Shown: positions 14,181 through 28,605, counted from the stretch's first letter. The stretch: 64,000 nucleotides of DNA from Marsupella aquatica (GCA_973895155.1 OZ316893.1:2996430-3060429); one strand, 5' to 3'. Notes: generated by a model from the letters alone, not told the origin. A program made the numbers and translations.

Positions 14181-15789
14181 TTATTGCTGGGCCATCCTCA
14201 GATGTTGCTGGCAATGAGCTTTTTCAGTATCTGGTTCTTTCAATTTTGAACATTTAATGAAGATTTCGCCGCAGCTCATTCAGAATTATTAAGCAAGTTC
14301 AGATGTTTTGCAGTCCATGTAGGCCTGATACGCCGGGACAGAGGTTTTCTGTCCTCAAGACGATTGCAGGACCCCTGTTTCTTTTCTATGGGCGCTCCTA
14401 GATCAATTCAATTTACAAGACGTTTCCCTCTTACAATCGTTTGGAATCACAAAAAGATGGAAGAGATAAATAATCTTCCCAAGTTGCTTCAGGGTTTCAG
14501 TTCGGAGCTTACCGGAAGTTGTTTTATGCGGTCTCACGAAGCCTCATATTGAGTTTTTTGTTTCACCATAACCTTGTGAATCTGATGGCAGTGATGCCAA
14601 TACACTAATAGATGTTTACTCATCGTCAAAACAATTGCACAGTTGCACTGTGTATCTGTGCAAGTGTACATTTAACTTCGCACCATTTTCGTTGTTAAGT
14701 TACTGCCAAGTCCTATGGAGCAGAATTGTCCTCTAGTCAAGACGGAACAAATGGGGTGACAACATCCGGTTGAGTCTCCATGGGGACTTTTGGCTGTACT
14801 ATCCCGCTGAGGAAGACCAAGGAATTGATTCCGGTACACATTGCGGGTAGTACCACGAAGACAAAAATTGCGGAAATCCTTGCAGTTTTCCATTTCCTAC
14901 CCTTCTGAAATCGAGAACGTAGAAACAAACTGACGAGAAATGCTCAAAGAAAGAGAAAACTGTTCGTACTGACGAATGAATATCATTGCGCAAGGAATTG
15001 TGGATACTAAGTGAGTGCCTGACTGGCAGCAAAAATTGGTAGATCTGAGGGGTACATCTTTCCTCCGGGTTGAAGACTGTTTGGGAACAGGTTTCGATTT
15101 CATTAATCGGATCTACACTCTACACTCTAGACTGTGCTTCTTTCTCTTTCGTTTTTGTGTAGAGCTGGAAGATTCGGTAACGAAGTCTCGTACAAGGGTC
15201 TCGTCCTCCGTCAATTGTAGCCTGTAATTCATAGGATCCGCGATGTAATGAAATTGTCACGTGAATCGATTGCATCTCGTACTAGAAAAGGTTTGAAATT
15301 GTGGACTTTCCTCAACTTGGGCTTCACCTGATCATCACCATCCTCAACATGGGCGGCGTCAACAATCGTATTCACCTGCTTTCTTCGAATTCCGGTTCTC
15401 ATCCACCCGGAGAGCTTGCAGTCCCTCACCAGACCTCAGGGGCGACAAGTTCTCTGCTCAATACAGAATCGGTTCAGTCTTTCACTCAACCCCAAACTTC
15501 TGAGAGATCTGGGTGCTTTTTTTTTTAAGATGAAACCTCAGGTGGTAAGTTGTGGGAACCAAGTCCTGGCCCACGTGGGGAGGACCTACAGTACGAGGCA
15601 ACTCGAGTGAGTGTTGTTAAAAGACTTTAGTTGTTTATTGAGTTTCGACCTGTTGGCATTCTTACTTAATTCTTCTAAAATACTGTAGTGCTTGTTGACA
15701 CTGCTGTAAACACGAGCAATTCTAATTTCAGGAGGTTTCCTAAATAGCTCTACTACATGACAACTCTAGCAAAACTGGATATTGCAGTG

Positions 15790-16200
15790 AAATGTATTCC
15801 TTTCTAGTGTAAAGTCATTTCTGCATATCTTACACAATTCCAAAAAAAGGGGCACACTGGCAAATTGCAGTAAAGCACGTAGTCCTGTGTAGTGTAATAT
15901 AATTTCTGCATACCTTACACAATTCCAAGAGGACGGGCAATTGGAGTAAAGTCAATATTCCCTTGTATTCCAACATCATTTCGACATATCTTTCCTGCTG
16001 ACACCTTCAATTTTTTTCACAACTGTTAGTAGAAAGTCAATAGTCCTTTGTATTGTAACATCATTTCTACACATCTTTCCAAGTGACACCTTTTATTTGT
16101 TTCACAACTGTTCCTAGAAAGTCAACATTCCCTTGTATTGTAACATCCTTTCTAGACATCTTTATGAGTGAAACCTTTAATTTTTTCACAACACTGTTCA
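15790..16200. repeat. Degenerate tandem repeats (~85-90 bp units)
   Basis: aaagtcaa.attcccttgtattgtaacatc.tttc.acacatcttt x3; atttctgcata.cttacacaattccaa x2. Confidence 0.7.
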
Positions 16201-16995
16201 TATGGATGAATCACATTTATTTCTTACTGTGCAAAATGCCTGCTGTTTGTGTTGGTGCGCAGTGTTGCCAAGCACTCGGGTACAGGCTTCATGGCTGTTA
16301 GCATCTAACTATTGTGTGTGAATTTAATGTTACTAATGAGAAGAGTGGAGTAGGGGGTTTCTACACCAATTCAATCATGCTTGGGTCAAGTATTTTCATG
16401 CCAAACCTGGAGCACCCACCTTCTTTCCATTGGAAAAAGAACAATTGTTTAAAATGCATATTTTTTATTAGAATGTAGGTGGCCATGAGCGTAGCCAACA
16501 ATATGCTTCTACCAGAATTAGCTTGAGTAACACTAATTGTGAGGAACAATGTAGTTTGTTGATTGAAGAAGTGAAGTAGTAGGGGTGGATCTTAAAACTT
16601 GCTCACATATCCCAGGGTAGGGTATCTGGGACTGATATGATCACATTACTGAATATATTTAACAAAGAATGGAGATGGCATGGTAAAATAGAGAGGAGAT
16701 ATGTGCTATATTTTCTTGTGGTCAAATAAGTCTTTGGTAACTAAGTAACCGAGTTTGAAGATTATATTGGTTTGCATTAGAGTGTGAAATTTGACTTATG
16801 AATGCCTTTGATTTGTTTTTGCTTGAGGACATTGTCCCACATGAAATCCAGGCCTGTATACAGACCATAAAACAGTCATGGACAAGGGACAGTCAGGGCC
16901 TACAGAAATAAAAAGTATTTGTCTTAACCCAACATACAAAAGTTATACTTATTTTTCGTGATGGGTAGAAAAGAAAGAAGTGAGGACCCTGGGAT

Positions 16996-17805
16996 GAAAG
17001 GACACAGATGAGTGATACTAATCCCTCTTGGTGGATGGGTTACCCAACACATAACCATGGTGAGGTGCACTGGTCAGAAGGCCCTGGCCATTCAGCTAAG
17101 AATTTGAAAGGAAGTGGATGAGTAATACTAATCCCTCTTGGGGGATGGGTTACCCAACACATAATCATGGTTAGGCGCACTGGTCAGAAGGCCCTGGCCC
17201 TTCAGCTTGGAATGTGAAAGGAAACGGATGAGTGATACTCCCTCTTGGGGGATGGATTACCCTACACATAACCATGGTTAGGGGTACTGGTCAGAAGGCC
17301 CTGGCCATTCAGCTGCCCAGAGCTAGAGGAATGTGAAAGGAAGCAGATGACTGATACTAATACCCCTTGGGGATGGGTTACCTGAGACATATCCATGGCC
17401 AGGCACCCTGGTTAGAAGGCCCTGGCCATTCAGCTCCGATTGTAAAAGGAAGCAGGAGAGTGATACTACTGTAGAAAAAAGAAAAAAGAAAAAAAAGTGA
17501 TACTACTGTAGTGAGTCCTATTGGGATGGGTTACCCGAGACATAACCATGGTCAGGCGCACTGCACTGGCGAGCGGAATGTGAAACGAAGCAGATGAGTG
17601 ATACTAATACCCCTTGGGGATGGGTTACCGGAGACATAACCATGGCCAGGCACCCTGGTTAGAAGGCCCTGGCCATTCAGCTCCAAATGTGAAAGGAAAG
17701 CAGGAGAGTGATACTAGTCCTATTGGGGATGGGTTACCCGAGACATAACCATGGTCAGGCGCACTGCACTGGCGAGCGGAATGTGAAACGAAGCAGATGA
17801 GTGAT
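16996..17805. repeat. ~110-bp minisatellite array, 7 units plus a partial, with A/B higher-order structure
   Basis: Unit gaaaggaagcagatgagtgatactaatccctcttgggggatgggttacccaacacataaccatggttaggcgcactggtcagaaggccctggccattcagct starts at ~16996, 17106, 17216, 17336, 17444, 17582, 17691, 17785. Confidence 0.9.
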
Positions 17806-18059
17806 TTCCTCGCGATTGAGCTGACGGAACTGAAAATGTAGAGTTCTTCTTCTCGGAATTTGTTGACTGTAGACTGGAGTGTCTCTTCGCTTCGCTTGGA
17901 AGCTGAAAAATTCTTCGCAGCTTGATAGTCTCCTCCTCTCCCTCCTCTGCTGTACGCGCGGCATGCAAGCACTGTAGGAGACCGAATCAAATCTGCGCGC
18001 ACGCCCGCTGTCTTCCCGGCGACACAATTGGATGCCTACCTTCCTGTGATGGCACCGCA

Positions 18060-18510
18060 CATTGCTGCGACTGTCTGAATGACTGAGAGACAGGCATAGG
18101 CTTGGAATCGCCGAAAAATCAAAACTGTGGGAGCTGCTCGTCAATCCGGCAAACAGTCAGTCAATCGACGAGCCACTATCGGTTCAGTGCGAGTCCTGTT
18201 TAGTTAGATGAGCGGGAGCAGGATTTCGGGACTGACTGAGACTCAGGCAGAGGCATAGAGTCGCCATGAAATAACTTAGTGGGAGTTGATCTTCAATCCC
18301 GCAAACGGTCATGCAATCCATGAGCGACTGTTGGAGCCCTTATTTAATCGGTTCAGTAGGGGTACTGTTGGACCTGCAGAGGAGCGGGAGCAGGATTTCT
18401 GCGACTGACTGAACGACAGGCTGAGATATAGAATCTCCATAAAGGTACTTTGTCAGTCAGTCAATCGACGAGCGGCTACCCAAGCCCTTATTTAATCGGT
18501 TCAGTACGGT
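18060..18510. repeat. Three diverged ~170-bp tandem units
   Basis: Recurrent gagcgggagcaggatttc, cagtcagtcaatcgacgagc and agcccttatttaatcggttcagta blocks. Confidence 0.7.
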
Positions 18511-19763
18511 TCGACCGGAGGCGCGCTCTCGTGGCGAAGAAGAGAAGCTGGACTGAGAGAGGGCCAATCCGGAAAAGCCGCGGTCTCTGATGCCAGATTG
18601 GTATGTGTTCGTTCTCTAGTGAACTGCAACAAATGAATGCTACGGTTGCCGCAGTCCAAGCTGGACATTAGTTTACTATAGTACAGCGTAGTAAATCATA
18701 GCAGCACAGAACCTATGAATTATTTGGGGGCCGGTCGAATGGATGGAATTTGTAACCTCTTGTGACGTCAGGGTTTATCCCTCCGCTGCATGTGTCATGA
18801 GTAATAACGTGACAGACAGACAGGTAGATAGGGTGGGAACTCAAAAATTTGGGGGTTTGATGGGGTTGCTTTCATGAGTTCACAGTTTTGGGTATGAACA
18901 GGTGCTCTCACCTAAGCAGAGGATTCGGACTGTTTGTTTGTTTCTTCCTTTCTTTCGTCCTACAGACAGTATTGGGAGTTTTTGTTTTTCCGTTTAGAGT
19001 TTCTTCAATTTATCGAGATACAATTCAGCTATGGAGTACATTGAGGGGTATTGGAGGGGTCTTAGGCCCCGATGTTGAAGCATATTCGCATCCTGAGCGA
19101 AAAAGGTTCGGAATGTGTCCTAGTCTTTCCGAATTGTGCCCTCTAAAGTGTGATGTGCTGTTAGTGGAAGCATTGTTGACTTTTCATCTATCTACATCTA
19201 TCTATCATAAGCTCTATACTCTATAGGTGTACCCTGCTCACAAACGACAAACTCGACATTACCCAGGCCAATAGATTTATAGATTTTTCCGGTCCAGTGT
19301 AGAACCAGTGCAGTGTGCTCAGTCTCAGGGGGTTTGACTTGAGACTCAAAATTCGGATGGCAGCAAGACTCGAAATTAGATGGGGGCATGACAAGGCTCT
19401 AAATTCGGTGAATAATTTGTGTTAGGAGTTTTGAGAGATGGGCTCTATACAAACAACTGACAGTGAAGTCTTCTGAGCGAGTCATCTTTTTCTTTCCTGG
19501 TATGACCTCCTCTTGTCTGTTTTAAAGGTTGAAAGAGTGGGGGACGTTTATCGTCATGGGCATGGATGGGAACAACGACTTGTGTGAAAGCAAATTTCAT
19601 CTCGCTTTGTTCTGCAGATCGGTATAGCATTTGGTGATCGCCTTGGACGCATACAACGAGCAGCAGTGGGAGGAAGGCGAGTGCGTAGGAAATCGTCACG
19701 AGATAGACTTGGGTGCTGCATTTTGAGGTCAGGGACTGGTGTCACTGAAAGTTTGGTCGGGAA

Positions 19764-22700
19764 ATGGGCCATGCGCAGTCTCAAGGCAGAGGGAGTGACG
19801 AGGACGAATGCGAGGGAAGTAGCGGCAGAAACAGGCCCAAGTTGGCAGGGCCGTCCAGGAGCCGGCTCAGGAGAGCTCTTCGGGGAGGAATCAGCGGGTC
19901 AAATGGCCAACTACGGCAATCGATCAAGCAGGAGCAATTCAGTGGCATGGTGCGGATTACCTTATTTTCGGTGAGGACCCCCCACCCGATTCTCAGGCGG
20001 ATGATCTGCACTAGTCCATTTTCTCCATCTCCGTCGATCAGCACAATTTCTTCAGGGCAGACAGTTTCTTTCTATCTCCTTTGCCTCTACTTCTGCCTCC
20101 TCCATCTCCGGTGTGGGCTTGATCGCTATTGAAACACAGTCTGCGGACATGGATGGTAGAAGGTTGAGGACGGCTTCAGTTCCGTTGACTAGTAGTGGTC
20201 ATGATGTATCCTTTCTTTTGTCAATTAACCGGACCCTGTTCTCATTCGTATGTGTTTGTGCCAATATAATAATGGCAGCTTTGGGATTAGAATTTTCATC
20301 TAGGGTAGTGGTTTGCCTCTTTGAGATCTGTATCATCCCAGGGCAAAAGGTAACTATTCTCACATACCGACTCGCTAATCCACTCCATTTCTCGAGTTGA
20401 CATGAACGAAGAGATGTAGTAAGGAATCAAATATCTAGACTAATACTTCGTCTCAGCTGCCCTACCAGCTCGATGACTGGTTCTGGGAGGAAGCTTCCCA
20501 GTTGACATGGTGGATATCTTCTTCTTACACGCAGTTTTTGTCGCACCTGCTCAAGAGCTTCCTACTTCAACGGTGCACTACTTCGGCTACGGATCTAATC
20601 AGTCTCGGAGTTGGATTTTGAGCCCATTTGCCACTATAGTTGCACGTAGCTTGAATAGCTTATGATAATTACCTGCCTCTGAAGCGTGAAAACAACTGAA
20701 CTGATTGAATGGAGCGTTTTCAATTTTCTGTAAAAATATGCGATTCGAACAAAAGAAAGCAACTCCCTTCACTTGGAACTTTGCATGATCAATGCGCAGG
20801 TTGCCAGCATCGATGCCTCTCACAATCCTTAGATCTCCATCGCACGGATTGCCTCCTTCCAACTGTTAGTTTACTAGCGTGTTCTTCTCGCGTTACTATC
20901 GTCAGTATGATGCACCGTAAGCTGTAGAGAGCGGCTGTTTTGACCATGGAATATTTCATTTTGAGTAACCAAGTTAGTAACCTACAGACCTACCACATTC
21001 TAGCACCTCAATGAGAAGAAAACCGTGCACCTGGATGCCAACATTAGTGGCGCAGAGTATCTGCCAAAGCTCTGATGTTCGAGCTCTTTCTTGGTCATTC
21101 CGTTCTGGTCATAAATTTCTGGAATATAATTGTGTAATTCATCGTTCCCCGGTCGATGCGAAGCCTATAAGTAAGTAGTTAGAAGAGGAAGAATTCTTTA
21201 TCGGTTATTTGGTAACTTTTTATCAAGTATTGTAATCCTAAATTTCTGGAAATTTTTCTGTGGGGAACAGGCAGAGATGCAATTTAGGGACACGTGGTTC
21301 GCATGTGTTTCCATAGGACAACAAACATTTCGCACTGCTACTTCAAGCCAGTAAGTTTTCCTACAAAGCCGTCTCCGCATTCCTTGAACATTTCATTGAT
21401 CAGGTGCAACAGTGCCTCAAGACACCAGTCATATAAGTAAACACTCTTTATCTTACCTGGATTGTTTTGGAGTTGGACTGTCCCCCCCAAATTCATAGTT
21501 GAAGCAGCAGCAGACAGCTCTAGTAGAGTCATTTTCCCATGTAGTCTATCAGCTCTCCAACAACCCGTGTCTGTCTTGTTTTCTCTTTCCTCACATTTTC
21601 CTCAATTTTATGAGCAACTCCTACCAGCCACGTCTGCTTGACTAACTCTTTCCATGTTATCACTTTTCCAGGACAGACAAGCCCCTTTGGAAGTCGGTAA
21701 GATAGTTTTCCTCATACCCGTGATACTCATTACGGCATCAGAGAGTTTTGTTTCATTTTCAATGAACCTTGGAAATTTGATAATTTTATTCAATTCAGCT
21801 AGCTGGCCACCATTAGGGACCTTTTGATGCGGTTATGAAAGCTGTCTTAAAGGGCGTTCCACGGGTTTGCCTCGCAAATAGTGGCTTGGGTTGTGGATTG
21901 TTGTGGTAGAGGGTGATTCCTCAAATTTGGACAATCTCTTTGCTTGCAGAGGAAGACTATTGTGCTGGAAGCAGACGGGCCACGAATTGTTCATATCTCC
22001 GTTTTCGAGGTTCGAAATCCAGTGCAGGAAATCACATTTGAGCTTTGGTGGTTGTGATGTGCGAATTTAATGGACTCTCAAAAAACTATTGGTGATGTAG
22101 CCATGCAGACTAATGATCTTTGTCGCTTGGCCACATCTTCTGATTTTGCATGTATCGTACCGTGGAAGCATGCCTTTGACTATAGCCACAGTGGACTTCT
22201 ACTAAAGGGACAGTACATAAGTCTTCCTGGTTTCTTTGGCATCGAGGTTGAAAAAACATTGTTGACTCAATGGTATTTCTTGCAGACGAATAAAGTCAAG
22301 AAAAATAATTTAGTGGGCTACTGTGAATTGGACTTGCTAGATATCTTTACCACTGTAAGTTACTCTGTACGATTGCTCTTCTCCTTGTAAAGGTTGTAGG
22401 CTTGGATCAAGTTTTCAATTTTATCTGTAGCTCAGTTGATGACTCACATGTGAACGTTGGAAGCATTAATAGCCGTAGCAAACCTTTGTACCTATAGATG
22501 GCTGCATTTTTGGGTGATTGCGCTCTTCCTGTCCTTTCAACCTGGCTTCGTGAATGCCATGCAATGTTCGAAATAGGTTGCTATGTTGGTGCTTTCCCCT
22601 TTATATTATTGGAGAATCTACAAATCAGCCTTACTGTCGACTATAAGGAGAATGAAATATTGATGAATTGACATTGGCATGAACAATTGAGTGGCGGACC

Positions 22701-25700
22701 CAGCATATGACAGGGTTGAAGAAATCACATTTGATTGCAGAATTGTTCACCTTCTTTTACCCACAACTTCCTTAAAATGGCTGCAGGTTGATGATCACAG
22801 CCAAGAGGTCCTTGACTTGTTTGCTCCAAACTCGACGACCGAAGTTGTGGGAAAGATTACAATCGGCTACAGTGCGGAGGTTGACTTTTCTTCCTGATCA
22901 TTTGGCCATTGGATGACGTACAGCATGGAGGCTAATTGCAAGTGAAGAAGTGGATGGCAAGTTAGACGGAATGTAACGAATGAATGTGTTTAAATGAGGA
23001 GAGAACAAAGAAGAGCAGGCAAGGTAGTTGAGTTGGAATAGTTTTGTAATAGACTACCTTACATTGTGAGAATAACACGTAGTTTTTGTTTGTGACAGGA
23101 CCGTGAAGAAACCGAGAAGGGCTTTGCTCTACGATTGCTTTCTCTTGTGGTATTACTTCCGTCTTATTAATGGCGCTGATCCTGATCAACTTATTAGTGG
23201 ACTCAGAGCAGAGTTACCTTGAAATATTGAAATATAATTTTTCTCTATCCTTGTCCATGATACCGTGAAATCACTTAATTGCCGTTAGTGATGGTGAACT
23301 AGCAGTGAAGCAAGAAAATACGGTCTTTCTGACTTGCTGGATTAGCGAGACTCAGACGACATGAAGTTTTAATATCTTTGGAAAGTTTTTGTGCTTACCA
23401 CCACGGTCATTTGTAGGCATGCTCTGTGCCCGAGCTTGCCCTTGTATCATTTTTTCCAGTCAATAATTTCTTGTGTCCAGTTCAACTTCTGTTTCAGGCA
23501 CGTACAGTTTCACTCATTGCATGGTTTCTGAAACCAGGACTATGACGCCAGTGGAGAACTCTCGTTGACAGAGTTTCGTGATCTAATCAAAGCTTTTGGC
23601 AACAGAGTCTCAGATAAGGAGGTACTATCAAGATAAATGCCTTGCTACAATAATTGAAGTTGGTGACTCATCCATGAAAGGCCACCCCCAGTAATAGACC
23701 AAGTTCATCATCCCGTGGTCTCGTAGCATTTCCTGGCCAGAATAGTGGTAGGGGCTTGGCTCTCCTGCTTCCGCGCCAGTCACGAAATTGTGTACTCTCT
23801 CATTATGTGAAATATTCTAACAGTTCGAAATTTATTTGACTTTCTCAGTGCATGAAATTGTGAATTTTGGCAGCTGGAATCAGTGTTTGCGAAAGCTGAT
23901 CAAAATAAGGATGGGAAAGTGAGCGCAGATGAACTAGCTGAGCTCCTTGCCATGGATGACGATAGGTAATGTGGATTTTCATGCTCTCTGTTGTAATTGG
24001 AAATGTTACAAGTGAAACTTTGTACTTTGAGATCTGCTCTAATTGGCTCTTGCTCACTATGTGTCTTGGACTACGTTCGTGCACTTCTACAGGGCCGTGC
24101 TTCTCAAGCGGTGTCCAGTGTGTGGTGAGCCACTTGGAAACGTAGATGAGCTTAATGACATGATTCACATGAGCCTTTGCTTTGATGAAGGAACTGGGAA
24201 TCCGAGCATGACAGGAGGGTTTTTGACCGAAAAGCAGGCTTCTTATGGGTCAGTTGAAGATCTTAATTGCCCTCTCACAATTGTGGTTTGTTAGAGATAC
24301 TAGCAACCACAGACTATGCTTGAATCAAGTCATGGACACCAGTTTGGAAGAGGCAACAAATTAATGGCCGTTTTAAGCCAATGCTTACATCCTACTGCTT
24401 ATGCTTAATTTCTTTGAGAAGGTTGAGATATTCATTCTGGTCGTCGTGAATGTGCTTGGTATAGGTGGATGTTTAAGTTAAGCGAGTGGGTGAGTTTTTC
24501 ATCTTATGACGCTGGAGGGCTGAAGTCCGGAGCAAGCGCAGCACATATATTGGTAGCATTGATCTCCCTCCTAAATCTCCCAAGGAGTACTTTGATGTTC
24601 ACAGATTTTCAATATCGGCGTTATAAAGTTTAGTGTTTGCAGAGCGCCACAATGGTAGTATTTCCTACAGAGGATCATCAGAATAGCTGCCCCTTCACAG
24701 CAGCAAGATGTTGAGAATTGTGCTTCAGAGATTTTTGTGCTTAGTGTTGATTTTCTTATGTGGATGTGATATCGTTAAATAGGTATTTGACAGAAGAACA
24801 AAGCGATTGGTGGAAGAATTGATCGATCGCAAAATTATATTGTCTCTGCGGGCCATCTACCAGTCCAAGCTGACTATAGGTCTTGTGGATATGCGTAAGT
24901 GTCGTTCTTTCAATCTCAGCTGTGAAATAAGTTAATCTGGACAAGGACTTGTTCGTATCTCAGATCCTGAAGAAGTCTGCGGATAAGGATCTGATCAAAC
25001 ATATTAGAGAGACTTGAGAGTCTCCATATTTAACATGAAGGACTGCAAGCCAGTCGTCAAGCCAGTCGTCTATTGTAATCGAGACCGAGACCAAGTTCAG
25101 TTGTCAAAGATGTGCCAAAGACGAGTCAGCGAGGGATTATATGAAGGAAGTTTGCAACAGTCAGCCACATTGGTAGTAGACTGGTGTGAACAGATCTAAT
25201 TGAGACTGAGTTATTCTAGTAATTAGAATTAAACTTAGTCTGACTTGACCAAGAACCGTTAGCTTAGAAGGAAAAGTTTCCTTACATGGGTCTAACAAAG
25301 CATTCTAATGTGAATCTAGGCATGAAAAGCCTCCTGTTAAATATGTCAAAGAAGCAAGGTGAGCGCATGTCTACAACACAGTCTGCAGCAGACATACCGA
25401 GATTCATCGAGTTCTTCCAAGTAAGACGGGTTCTTTGCAGTTGCTGTCATTTCCTCTTAATGCACATGCCCAGCGAAGGAATTTTCCACATTGCAGCTGA
25501 TTTTGTCCAATTGAATTGAATGTTTGCCTTCATAAAGAGATCTGGCTGCTCGACTGTTAGCTGAGACGTTGTGAAAGAGAGGAATAGACATGACGGCAAG
25601 TTTGTGCTCATTTGAGGCTGTGATCTGTCTCTATCTTGCGTTACCCTCAAAGATATCAGAATGCTCCGTAATCGGAGTGCTGTTGATGAAAAGAAGGAGC

Positions 25701-28605
25701 GCTATTTTACTTACATTTGAAATATGTCTTCTGTTCCTCTCAGGATCGTATCAGGATAGATGAATTTAAATACCCAATTGAACATTACAAGGTATGAAAG
25801 CAGACTTGTTTCTTGTTATACAAATAGCTGTCCTGTCGGGTTGAACACCTCGTCCATAGGAAACAGTATCGCATACTGCGTGTGTTTAGGTATGAGACAG
25901 TGCTCAGAAAACAGTCGTTCAAAGTTTTCTGCTGACTGTTTTAGACCTGCAAATGCGTTTGTCATCTGTTAGTATCGTTACACATGTTTTTCAATGACTT
26001 TTCACTGTATACAGGTGATCATGTGTCTCTAGTACGAGGTCTTTTCCATCTTAGAACAATAAACACTGCGTCTGTCAGAATGCTGAACTGGTCGTTTGTG
26101 CTTTCCTCTGCATTGAAAGAAAACATAAATACTTGCTTTCCTTTGGTAGTTTGCTGTTGCAAGAAATTGACGATTCCCAATGGAAAACCTTTGTAGACAT
26201 TCAATGACTTCTTTGTACGGGAACTGAAGCCTGGATGCCGTCCAATTGCATACGAAGATAATGATGCAGTTGCTGTTTGTGGAGCTGATTGCCGGCTGAT
26301 GGCATTCAATACCTCTGATGATGCAACTCGCTTCTGGATCAAGGTTTCTGTCTTCCTTCTCGTCCAATGATGGTTTCTCGATGACTGATGTTAGCTGGAA
26401 TGCATTTATCCTTAGTTATCTCCGGGATAATAGAGATTGATTTTCCAGAAGTGTGTCATTCGTGTGATGCATGGATGGTAGGTGTGATGCGTTTTTTGAC
26501 ACGGATTTGTACTTAATGTAGTTTTGTTTTGCTTTGCACATCATGGTATTTGTTTCTTTGATGGTAATAAGCGATCGGTTTTGCAATTTTGTTCTTACAC
26601 TTGCCTTTGGTGAGATTCTTGTAGGGGCGGAAGTTCTCAGTAAAAGGGCTCATTGGCAGTAATGAGATTGCTAAGGATTTTCGAAATGGCACAATTGTTA
26701 TATTTCGCTTAGCACCTCAGGTTGCTCGCCCTTCACCACTTGCACGTTGCTTCACGAACTTATCCTTATCTGATCCTTGTTACTTCTGAAATGACAGCGT
26801 GAGTATCATGCTGACTCACTATTAGTCAGGGCAGACATCTTTGTCCTGGTAACTTTTGGACAGTAACTGATTGGAGCTTGCCATTTATGCATTGGCGACC
26901 AGGATTACCATCGTTTCCACGTCCCAGTCAGTGGCGTTGTCGGACCCATCATCCACATTCCTGGTCACCTGTATACGGTATGTTTCTCATTACTGCCGGT
27001 GAAAGGTTTGGGCTTCAATGAAGCCATTCGCTCCTTTGGATTATGTATTCTCATGATCTTGTTTGCTGTCTGAGAGTTGTACTGGTAGCTTTCCGTCATT
27101 GGCTCTATTAGTGCTTTGTTTTTATCGGTGCTTTATGTTTTTGGCATTCCTGGAGTGAGCTGGGAGGAAATAATGGTCCAGATTCAAAATCAATGGCCAA
27201 GTCAGTAGAGTCGTTCAGTATCGGTGTCTAAGCTCTTAACACTACTCTTTGCTTTGGATGGGTGCAGGTGAACCCAATAGCTGTCAACAGTAAATACTGC
27301 AATGTGTTCACAGAAAATAAACGAGCGGTATCAGTTATTACAAGCAAAGAATTCGGCAAGGTGAGTTGTGCGACACTTGGGTGCGTTGTTTCCATCTGTA
27401 GGATATAAGATCAGGTCGTCTTTGTCAAATGACTGGATAACATATGTTCAGAACTCGTGAAATATAATGACGCGGAATTGAAATGACTAATAAGAAGATA
27501 TTATTTACAGGTTGCGTTTGTTGCCATTGGCGCTACCATGGTGGGCAGTATCACTTTCACGAAGCAGGAAGGAGATGTTTTGAAGAAGGGGGACGAGGTA
27601 ATATGTGATTATTCCACTTGTCTTCATGTTCAGTTTATCTTTCGTGGATGGTGAAATTGGTTATGGGGTTGCCACGGCTGCTATATTTTAAAACAGCCCA
27701 GGGCTGGAGGATTTGTCAGAGTATGCGTTATCTTCTTCTCAAATGGTCAAGGGCCGTGCCAACTCATCCGTTTGGTCGAAGAAACGACCAGTGTCTGTTG
27801 TGGGAGTATTTCGTTTCAAATCATACATTCAATCTTAAAGCACTCATTGTCGAAGCTATGCGTTGACAATCGTGTGTATGTAACTGTGCAGTACGGTTAT
27901 TTCTCATTTGGTGGTAGCACGTGCATATGTGTCTTTCAAGAGGTTAGCAAAGCAACTTGATGATGAAAACCTTTTCTGCCGCAGCTATTGTGAATCTATT
28001 CTGGTTGATATATTTCTGTGAATTGCTGTGCGTAATAAATACACTGTTGTTCAATTTCTGATCTGAGCAATAGAGAGCAATGCCATGTGGCTTTGTAGGG
28101 TATAATTACATTGTTTAGCAAGAACAGGCACCTGCCTAGTTGAGGTTCTCATATTCCATTGTATTTCTCATGGACTCAGCCCTTTGTACGAGTTGCATCA
28201 TTGACATGTTCAATTTGTGACCGTCTGAATGTAATGATCATATCATATGTAACTCACAGCAGCAGTGACGATCTATATTTAAATTGCTGACCGCAAGTTC
28301 TGTCTTTGCTGCAGAAATCTATTGAACTGGACGTAGATTTGCTGGCCAACAGTGAGAAGTCACTGGAAACACTGGTCTGCGTGGGAGACTCGTTGGGTGT
28401 TGCTAAGAAGTACTCACAAGAAGTCAACCGGGAGGTGGATAGGCCTTCCGTGGAAGACAGTGTGTTGGGGCTTGACAATGAGGTTGCCAAAAAGGGCATT
28501 CAATATTCAAACAGCTTCAATGTTCGTGATGGGCACTTAGGACTGGAGGGAGATCCCAGGTTCCCTGATGTAGGTTCGTTGGAAATACAAGAGGAGGAGC
28601 TGTGA
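19764..28605 (+). CDS. PSD2: Phosphatidylserine decarboxylase proenzyme, type II (C2 + EF-hand, PSD2/PSD3-like), ~21 exons
   Basis: Exons from 19764 (MGHAQSQ) via 21271, 21672, 21950, 22286, 22788 (C2), ~23540 and 23874 (EF-hands DYDASGELS, DQNKDGKVS), ~24093 (CPVCG..HMSLCFD), 26198 (TFNDFFVRELKP), RLAPQ/DYHRFHVPV, VNPIAVN..FTENKR, AIGATMVGSI, YGYFSFGGST (self-cleavage motif) to stop at 28605. Confidence 0.95.

Noticed and set aside
14672-15610. Possible small gene or pseudogene (several 60-77 aa ORFs)
   Set aside because: No recognisable motif or consistent exon structure
16996-17805. CRISPR array or hammerhead ribozyme array
   Set aside because: No unique spacers, eukaryotic context and no cas genes; has CAGATGAG/GGATGAG rather than the CTGATGA core and no correctly placed GAAA helices
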